This document shows, in pieces, positions 54,539 to 64,000 of a DNA stretch of 64,000 nucleotides (positions within the stretch are counted from its first letter, which is position 1; each line of letters begins with the position of its first letter). The notes under the pieces are model-generated. The model was not told the origin of the DNA and did no database searches. It was given only the letters and a program-made list of their open reading frames with translations. This DNA is from Paraspadella gotoi. Taxonomy: Eukaryota; Animalia; Chaetognatha. The stretch is from contig CM119268.1 of assembly GCA_051294375.1 (NCBI GenBank), positions 17,548,502-17,612,501 on the forward strand. Direction: 5' to 3'. A program made the position numbers and the translations under genes.

Positions 54539-54539
<1 letters not shown>

Positions 54540-54632
<93 letters not shown>
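54540..54632. repeat. (GATA)n microsatellite (another at 53736-53771)
   Basis: Seen directly. Confidence 0.95.
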
Positions 54633-54633
<1 letters not shown>

Positions 54634-55102
54634 TAGCTGTCGTCTATGTCGTTTCGTCGATGTTGACGCTTTTGTTGTAGTTGCCACTTTTCTTTTGGGT
54701 GCGTACTGTATGTAAGATGCAAACATTTTTTTGATTAATACTCATCATTTTTTGCAGCACGTTATAAAACTTAAAATATAACATATTTTGATAACAATGT
54801 ATAACAAGATTGACATTCTAAGGTTTACATGTCACAAATTCCTTCACGATGATCACATCTGATCGCTCTGGATCAATATCGGGTGAACCTTTCTCGTCGG
54901 GACTCCACAGTGAACGCCGCCCGTGAACGCCGCCCGTAAACGCCGCACGTGAACGCCGCCCCGTGAACAGCTCGCAGGCGCGAAAGCCTCGTTTCTGCTG
55001 ACGCGACTCAGGAATAAAAAAAAAAACGATTGGCGACGCAGAACGTGGAGTGGCAAATCGCGGAAAATGCTTTGGTGCCACGGAGAAGAGAGAGAGAGAG
55101 AG

Positions 55103-55159
<57 letters not shown>

Positions 55160-55507
55160 AGAAGAGAGAGAGGAAAGTGTGAAACGAGGATGGGAGCCAA
55201 ACCAATTTACGAATCACTGCTCCTTTTATTCGCGCTCCTTTACCCCAATTTTTCCTATTCTCTTTTGTGGAACTCACTCTTTCTCTCTTTTTTTTTCTTT
55301 TTTCCCATTATTATTTGACTTTTTTTTCACCATTTTAATTTCTTTTACTGTGACCTCACATCTAGTTTTTACCGTTCCTTAGTTCGAAAATAGTTAATCA
55401 ACTTATTACTTATAACTTATTACCAATCTTCGTTCGCTAATCCAAAAATCATATAAGAAAACTAATAGATAGTCAGTTTTAAAACTTTCAAATAAACAAA
55501 AAACAAC

Positions 55508-55580
55508 TACCCCCGGCGGGACTCGAACCCGCAATCTTTGAATTAGAAGTCCAACGCCTTATCCATTAGGCCACGGGGGC
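55508..55580 (-). tRNA. tRNA-Arg (anticodon TCT), intronless
   Basis: GCCCCCGTGGCCTAATGGATAAGGCGTTGGACTTCTAATTCAAAGATTGCGGGTTCGAGTCCCGCCGGGGGTA (73 nt). Acceptor stem GCCCCCG/CGGGGGT, anticodon arm TTGGA-CT[TCT]AA-TTCAA, T arm GCGGG-TTCGAGT-CCCGC, and an oligo-T terminator just downstream. Confidence 0.95.
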
Positions 55581-55867
55581 TTGAGTTGCTAAAGGAAGTC
55601 AAAAAAGGGAACAAAATCTTGTCAACTTTTTCTTCTCTCATTCTCACGCTTTTCTTCTTCTTCTTCTTCATTCGAAAGCGTCAGCGATTAAAACCATTTT
55701 CCCGCTGCTCCGCGGCTCTGTTGGATGCTGGCTGCGATCTCTGTCACACTCGCGCTGGAACACGAAAGTGAGACGTCAGAGTAAAATAAACGGAAAATTG
55801 AATATAAAAAGTTATTTCTGTAATTAAAATAGAAAAAGCTCCTGTTTAGATAGTATTTTTTCACTAT

Positions 55868-56174
55868 TGGGGGATATTTGTCTTTATTACACTATTATCC
55901 ATTTACTATGGAATGTTATCAACTTTTAAAATCGCTGCTCATTTGTTTCTGAATGAAGAGAGTGTTCTATCCGCCGTCGACACCTACGAAGATCGATTTA
56001 ATGAAACGAACTTCGAACGATCGTAGAAACTGTGACTGAGCACTTAGCATTAGTAAAATAGCTAAAAAGCTTACATAAAGCAATTATGTTTTATTTGTTA
56101 TAACATTGTTGGGAAGACGTCGCCTCCTCTGTCACTAAGAGTGGTGGCTGGGGACTGGTCTAATGTTAGGGAAT

Positions 56175-56218
<44 letters not shown>

Positions 56219-58359
56219 TCTTACCTCTCTAAATGGCACTTCCACATCTTCCATTTTTATGACAGTCTTCTTTCCATCTTCAATGATTTACGGTTCGTCC
56301 TCGGTCGTGCATCATACACGACGGTGTCGTCGTCGTCGTCGTCGTCGTCGTCGTCCTCATCTTCGTCGTCGATGTCGTTTTTGATATTGTTTCTCACTTC
56401 GTCGTCGATGTTGTTGTGGTTATTTCAATCGTGGTGTTTGTATCATCGTCATCATAAGCGTCATATTTTTCCTGATCAATGACAATGTTGTGTTTTTCAT
56501 CGTGATCCCGATTTTCTTTTTCTTCTTCTTCGTCGTCGTCGTCTTCGTAGTCGTCGTCGTCGTCACCTGCGTTTGTTTGGAAAAACAAATCGAAGCTGTT
56601 TTCAAAACACGTTTGCTCGTTCGTCGTCGTCATTGTCGTCGTCGACGTTGCGTTTTTGTAAAAATGATTGTCTTTCCTGTCGAAAATTTGGTATCCTTTG
56701 TTGTTTTATGGAAATTGTCTGGGTTAAATTCCGTCGTTACACTACTGGTCGTCGCGGTTTGTATAGTCGTCGTTGAGGTTATTTTAAAATTCATAATCGT
56801 AGCTCCACTCATTCATCATCAAAATATACAAAAGTTCTCTCTCTTAACTTTTTTCGAACAAACAACCAAAAAAAAAACAATCTTCGTCTTCGACGGTGAG
56901 TTTTCGCGGGTGAGTTTTTCGGCGCTGAGGTTGGTTCCTTCAATCTCAGTAAATCGAAGACGCCGTCGCTGGAAATCGAATAAAGCGATTGGGACGACCG
57001 AGAGGGAGAGAAGTGGGGTGGGGGTGCTTGGAGAAGGAGAGCGGGGAAGGGAAGGATGAGGAAGGTGGAGCTAGCGGTAAGAGAGAGGGGTATAGGAGTG
57101 AGGAAAGGGGAGCAAGGGTAAAAGGAGATGAGTATATGTGTGAGGAAAGGAGAGCAAGGGTAAGAGGAGAGGGGTATTGGAGTTGTAATCAAGTTATAAA
57201 TGGGGAAAATTCACGTACATGAAAAAAAAAGTTAACAGATAGGGAATGGAAAGAAAGCGAACTGCGAAGTGAGGGACCGTACGATGGGATTGAAACGTAA
57301 GCGAAAAACGAGGGGATGACGCAGAATTTAGGTTGTACTAGATTTCCGCAAATGACTTTGAGGAGGCAAAGGTTTCACTATCAAGATTGAAGCGAAAGTA
57401 AGGAATAGGAGCCCCGCGAGTGAATTGGGATTCAGGGATTAGGGGACAGCGATTGTAGCTCTGAGATTGAATCGCGACAAAGCCAATGACGGCATAGATT
57501 GATGCAACGAGATTGAGGTGAAAACTTCGGGCGGAATTTAAACGGATACAAAATTTGGGCACTAACCGGGTTGTAAAGATAAAGCTTGGGGTAGAGATGG
57601 TTAAAAAAAAACAGGAGATTAATTTAAGGGTTCGGGCTTGGGAAATTGGGCTTGGGGTATTGTATTAGAAAAATTGGGCTTTAAGAATTAAGCTTTGGGA
57701 ATTGGGTTCCGAGAATCGGGTGGAAGCAATTGGGTCGCGCGCGCGGAGTAAGTGGAAGAAACGTCATCAAAATCGAATTAGTGATTTGCGGGTCCGACGG
57801 GCGGTAGAGTGGACGGCATAGAGAACGGTAGAGCGGACGGAAATTCGTATGGTAAAGTGGACGGCATAGAGAACGGCAGAGCGGACGGCAAAGCGTATGG
57901 TAAAGCGGACGGCATAGAGGACGGTAGAGAGGAAGGCTGAAAGGACGGCAGAGAGTATGGCAGAAAGGAAGGTAAAGAGAATGGTATAGAGGACGGCAGA
58001 GAAGATGGCAGAGCGGACGGCAAAACTGTACAAATCTTTCTACAAAGCAGACAGCACCGCAGACGGCAATTAGACTCCAACGCAAACGGCATATCAGACA
58101 ACAATGTTAAGGGGACCGTGCTTTAATTCCAAGCTGCTGACAACAATTTTAAGGGGACCGTGCAGGAATTTCACGCTGGGTACAAATTGCGGACGTAGGA
58201 AAAGTCTCTTTGCGGGAGGGGGATTCGATTCTTGACAATTGGCTGAAAGACGGAGAGAGAATATGCAAGAGAAAGAGGTTCCGGGACAGAAGATGACCAG
58301 GGCGGGGCATTCAGATGATTTTTGGAGATTTAGACCCATTGGCTTTGTCAACGGTGCCA

Positions 58360-58413
<54 letters not shown>

Positions 58414-58437
58414 GTCTCTCTCAGATCCTTCTCCCTC

Positions 58438-58494
<57 letters not shown>

Positions 58495-59759
58495 CTCCTC
58501 TCTCCATCTCTCTCTTCTCCTCTCTTTCGCTCGCTAATCCTCTCTCTCTCTTTCTCTCTCTTCTTCGCGTTCGTCTTCTCGTCTCTGAAGTCTCCACTCT
58601 CGTCTCTTCTCCATCCTATTCTCTCTCAATCTCTCCTCTCTCTCTCTTGATCGCTCGCGGTCCTTCGCCTCATCTTCCTCCCTCTCGTCTCTTTCTCTCT
58701 CGTTCTCTTTCTCTTTCTCTCTTTCTCTCTCTCTGAAATTGAGTCAACCAACTTGTTCGGCAACATTGTTGTTGTTATTGTTATTGTTTCTATTCGGATT
58801 CCTAAAACAAATACTTATGAAACGAGAAATTTCATGCGAACTCTGGCGGAGAAAAACATATGTTTGAGGAAATTGAAAGAATTTGGCGAATGAATCGAAG
58901 GAGGAGTTGAAACTCTTAAGTGGCGAAACAGAAGATGGTGATGGTTTAAGGGACGTTAATTGGGGTGGAGCCACAAGGAAGGTTTTTTTGGCTTAAGATA
59001 GAAACACGTGATACAAGAATCGATCGAGGGGCGATTTGGGGCCAGGGGCGGGTCAGGGGTCAACATAAGAATTCCTCACGTTTCCCTTCGTCACGTGACT
59101 TACCACCGACTCCTACCAAACAAACCCGCCCCGAACACCACTCACCCAATTTCGGGGCACTACTCTGGGCACCCCTGACCCGCCCTGGCCCCAAATCGCC
59201 GCCTCGTCGATTCTTGTATCACCGTGTTTTCTTATCTTAAGCAAAAAAAAACCTTCCTTGTGGCTCCACCCCAATTAACGTGCCCTTAAACATCACCATC
59301 TTTCTGTTTCGCCACTTAAGAGGTTTTAATCCTCCTTCGATTCATTCGCCCGCAAATTCTTTTTTATTTTCAATTTCCTCAAACATATGGTTCTTCTCCG
59401 CAGATTCGCATGAAATTTCTCGTTTCATAAGTATTTTTTTAGGAATCCGAATTAGAAAACAATACCAATAACAAGCACACAATGTTGCCGAACAGTTGGT
59501 GACTCCAATTTCAGAGAGCAGAGGAAAGAGAGAAACGAGAGAAAAAGAGACGAGAGGGAGGAAGATGAGGCGAAGGACCGCGAGCGATCAAGAGAGAGAG
59601 AGGAGAGATTGAGAGAGAATAGGATGGAGAAGAGACGAGAGTGGAGACTTCAGAGACGAGAAGACGAACGCGAAGAAGAGAGAGGAGAAAGAGAGAGAGA
59701 GAGAAATAGCGAGACGGAGAGAGGAGAGAGAGAGATGAGGAGAGGAGAGAGAGAGAAAG

Positions 59760-59797
<38 letters not shown>

Positions 59798-59821
59798 GAG
59801 GGAGAAGGATCTGAGAGAGAC

Positions 59822-59860
<39 letters not shown>

Positions 59861-62101
59861 AGAAAGAGAGAGAGAAGAGAGAGAGAGAGAAGAGAGAGAG
59901 GAGAGAGAAAGCGTGGCAACCGTTGACAAAGCCATGGAATCTAAATCTCTAAAAATCAATCTGAATGCCCGCCCTGTTCATCTTCTGGTCCCCGAACCTC
60001 TTTCTCTTTCTTATTCTCCTCTCCGTCTTTTCAGCCAATTTGTCAAGAATCGGGAATCCCCCTTCCCGCAAAGAGACTGTTCTACGTCCGCAATTGTACC
60101 CAGCGTGAAATTCCTTGCACTCCCCTTAAAAATGTTTAGTCAGCAGCTTGGAATTAAAGCACGGGTCCCCCTTAACATTTGTTGTTTGAGATGCCGTTTG
60201 GCGTTGGAGTCTAATTGCGTCTGCGGGCTGTCTGCTTTTGTAAAAGATTTGTACAGTTTTGCCGTCGCTCTGCCATCTTCTCTGCCGGTCCTCTATACCA
60301 TTCTCTTTACCTTCCTTTCTTGCCATTTTACTCTCTGCGTCCTTTCAGCCTTTCCTCTTCTACCGTCCTCTATGCCGTCGCTTACCATACGCATTGCCCG
60401 CGTTCCGCTCTGCCGTTCCTCTATGCCGTCCACTTTACCATACAAATTCCGTCCGCTTCACCGTCTCTATGCCGTCCACTTACGCCCGTCGGACCGCAAA
60501 TCACTAAATTCGATTTTGATGACGTTTCTTCCACTTGCTTCAGCGCGCGACCCATTGCTTTTCCACCCGATTCTCGGAAACCCAATTCCCAAAGCTTAAC
60601 TCTTAAAGCCAATTTTTCTAATACAATGCCCCAAGCCCAACTTTCCCAAGCCCGGATCCCTTAAATTAATCTCCTGTTTTTTTTCTTAACATCTCTACCC
60701 CAAGCTTTTAGTCTTTACAACCCGGTTTAGTGCCCAAATTTTGTATCCGTTTAAATTCGCCCGAGCTTTTCACTTCAATCTCGTTGCATCAATCTATGCC
60801 GTTCTTGGCTTCTGTGCGCGATTCAATCTCAGAGCTACAATCGCTGTCCCCTAATCCCTGAATCCCAATTTCACTCGCGGGGCTCCATTCCTTTAACTTT
60901 CGCTTCAATCTTGATAGTAAACCTTTGCCTTCCTCAAGTCATTTACGGAAACTAGTACAACCTAAATTCTGCGTCATCCCCTCGGTTTTTTCGTTACCGT
61001 TTCAAGCCATCGTACGGTCCCTCACTTCGCAGTTCGCTTTCTTTCCATTCCCTATCTGTTAACTTTTTTTTTCATGTACGTGAATTTTCCCCATTTTATA
61101 ACTTGGATTACAACTCCAATACCCCGTCTCCTCTTACCCTTGCTCTCCTTTCCTCACACATATACTCATCTCCTTTTACCCTAGCTCCCCTTTCCTCACC
61201 CTTATACCCCTCTCTCTTACCGCTAGCTCCCCTTCTCACTTCCCTTCCCCGCTCTCCTTCTCCTAAGCACCCCCACCCCACTTCTCTCCCTTCTCGGTCG
61301 TCCCAATCGCTTTAAATTCGATTTCCAGGACGCGTTCTTCGGGATGTTACTGAGATTGACAGGAACCCAACCTCAGCGCCGAAAACTCACCCGCGAAAAC
61401 TCACCGTCGAAGACGAAGATTGTTTTTTTTTTGGTTTTTTTTGTTTTTTGTTCGAAAAAAGTTAAGAGAGAGAAACTTTTGTATATTTTGATCATGAATG
61501 AGTGGAGCCGATTTAGAATTTTAAATAACCATCAAACGTGACGACTAAACAAACCGCGACGACCAGTAGTTTAAACGACGGAATTTAACCCAGACAATTT
61601 CCATAAAAACAACAAAGGATACAAAATTTTCGACAGGTAAAGACATCATTTTACAAAAACGCAACGTCGACGACGACAATGACGACGACGAACGAGCAAA
61701 CGTGTTTTTGAAAACAGCTTCGATTTGTTTTTCCAAACAAACGCATGGTGACGACGACGACTGACGAAGACGACGACGACGGGTGAGAAGAAGAAAAAGA
61801 AAAATCGGGATCACGATGAAAAACACAACATTGTCATTGATCAGGAAAATATGACGCTTTATGATGACGATGATACAAAACACCACGATTGAAATAACCA
61901 CAACAACATCGACGACGAGTGAGAAAACAATATCAAACGACATCGACGACGAGATTGAGGACGACGACCGGACGACGACGACGACGTACAACCGTCTGTA
62001 GTGATGCACGACCCGAGGACGAACCGTAAATCATTGAGATGGAAAGAAGACGTCATAAAAATGGAAGATGTGGAAGTTGCCCATTATTAGAGAGGTGAAG
62101 A

Positions 62102-62197
<96 letters not shown>

Positions 62198-62498
62198 ATT
62201 CCCTAACATTTAGACCAGTCCCCAGCCACCACTCTAGTGACAGAGGAGGGGACGTCTTTCAACAATGTTATAACAAAATAAAACATAATTGCTTTATGTA
62301 AGCTTTTTAGCTATTTTACTAATGCTAAGTGCTCAGTCACAGTTTCTTACGATCGTTCGAAGTTCGTTTCATTAAATCGATCTGCGTAGGTGTCGACGGC
62401 GGATAGAACACTCTCTTCATTCAGAACAATGAGCAGCGATTTTAAAGTGATAACATTCCATAGTAAATGATAATAGTGTAATAAAGACAATATCCCCA
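55868..62498. repeat. Large inverted repeat: arms ~55868-59060 and ~59171-62498, ~110-bp spacer
   Basis: The right arm is the collinear reverse complement of the left throughout (e.g. 57795-58022 minisatellite vs 60260-60490; 55960-56160 vs 62210-62420). Differences are mostly 1-bp indels. The right arm ends next to an N-gap at 62510. Confidence 0.9.
57795..58022. repeat. ~12-bp minisatellite (GGACGGCAGAGA-like), mirrored at ~60260-60490
   Basis: Seen directly. It produces the spurious RPLY/RPLC repeat ORFs in the track. Confidence 0.85.
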
Positions 62499-64000
62499 TC
62501 TCTCTTCTTNNNNNNNNNNNNNNNNNNNNNNNNNGTCGTCGGTCAAGAAAATGAGATGAATGATGAAGAAATGAGATGAATGAATAAAAAATGAGATGAA
62601 GAAATTAGATGAATGATGAATAAATGAGATGAATGATGAAGAATGAGACGAGAAAAAAATGAGAAAAAAATAAGATGAATGATGAAGAAATTAGATGAAT
62701 GATGAAGAATGAGATGAGAAAAAAATTATAACAAAATGAGATGAATGATGAAGAAAAAGCGAATTATTGAAAGGAAAAATTGAGAGAATGATGTTGGGTG
62801 AAATAAATTAAATAACGAAAATATTTTATTAAACAAAATGAGAAGGCACAGGATATGAAGGAAGGTAAGAGAAAAAGAAATATGTAACAAATAAACTAGT
62901 AAGCGGTGACTGAAGTAGATTGCCAAAGTAGAAAGATTGGATGGAAAGAATATATATTTTGAAACACTAAAATGTAACTTTAACCTATTAATTTTTCATT
63001 TCGTGAGAGAGAGAAAAAAAAACCTGTGGATACATTAAAAACGGTTCACCGGGATCGCGGCCCGCTGGGAGAGTTATTGGAAAGAGCGGCATCTATGGGA
63101 TTCCGATGGGAAGGAGATGGGATGTTTTTCGGATGAGTTATTGGCAATTATAGATGGAGGAAAGGAAAGCGTTTGATTTGGGATTTGGTTTAAGGATTGG
63201 AGAGGGAATTCGAAGAGAGCAGCTCTTTCTCGGCAGGGAACCCAATGGAGATAAGAATTGCCCAATAAACTCAATGCCCGGAAGGGAAAGAACTTTCGCT
63301 CACCCCGGGTCGCAAGCTAAGATCGTTTCGACTCGGTTGTAATATGTTTGTAAAAAAATTTTGTTATTTATAGGAGAAAAATTTTTTTTTTTACAATATA
63401 ATATCGTTTTGGCTACAGAATATCGATTTTATAGCATTCCGATTCATAGTCAAAATCAAGAAAAACGACGAATAATTATTGTTTTAATATTCTTTTATCT
63501 AACGATATAAATGTGACTAAACCACAGTGTGCTAACCCCAACCGCGGGAGAGGAAATTGTTGCGTTGGAAGCCAAATCCCTCTGACGAAAAACGTCAAGA
63601 TGCCAAAAAACGGGAGGAGATGCAAGAGCGAGAAGCGGGTGCAGCGGTAGGCGGGTGCAGTCACGAACGAGGAGATGCGCTCATGTGCTTTTAAAATGCG
63701 GTCATGCGCAGGGGAGCACAGGTGGGATGATTGAGCCGTGTCTGCAAGAGTGGGTGGTGATATATAAAAATTGCAAAATTACTTGTTTCACTATTTTAAG
63801 TCTTAAATTTTATAAGATTCATTCATGAAGCATAAGAAGTGATACGGTCATCATAATTAAGACTGTTATGATGAGTTAACAGCGAAAATAAAAGAGAATT
63901 AAGCTTCAGTTTTCGCTTTTTGTCGTCAAACGGATTTTCTAAAACGAAGTTCGAATGTTTTGGTTAAATCTCCTTGAGTGTCTTGCAAAATGGAAAACAT

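Overview
This is AT-rich eukaryotic, most likely animal, genomic DNA. It has spliceosomal GT-AG introns, very many (AG)n/(GAC)n/(GATA)n microsatellites, many N-gaps and some indel-ridden stretches that look like unpolished long-read sequence. The supplied unspliced ORF track is almost entirely uninformative. Manual splicing gives five main genes. (1) A 22-exon minus-strand gene (CDS 7635->3781, 482 aa) encodes a secreted peptide polyprotein: a signal peptide, an amidated CVNCPQNK peptide, 18 one-exon-per-peptide His-Cys-x5-Cys cyclic peptides arranged as 6 A-B-C triplets with acidic spacers and KR/R/GKR processing sites, and a C-terminal 10-Cys agatoxin-like knottin. This is the standout system in the window. 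(2) An intact RhoA-like GTPase (202 aa). (3) Head-to-head with it, an unrecognised secreted 187-aa protein with two W-C-x-T...W-x-Y-C repeats. (4) Seven frameshifted exons of a polycystin-2 (TRPP) channel gene. (5) A tRNA-Arg(TCT). Mobile elements include two hAT-type MITEs with 8-bp TSDs, DINE-1/HINE-like pieces, a Ty3/gypsy integrase fragment, a non-LTR RT fragment and a Penelope-type minimal hammerhead motif. A ~6.6-kb fold-back near the end of the window may be an assembly artefact.
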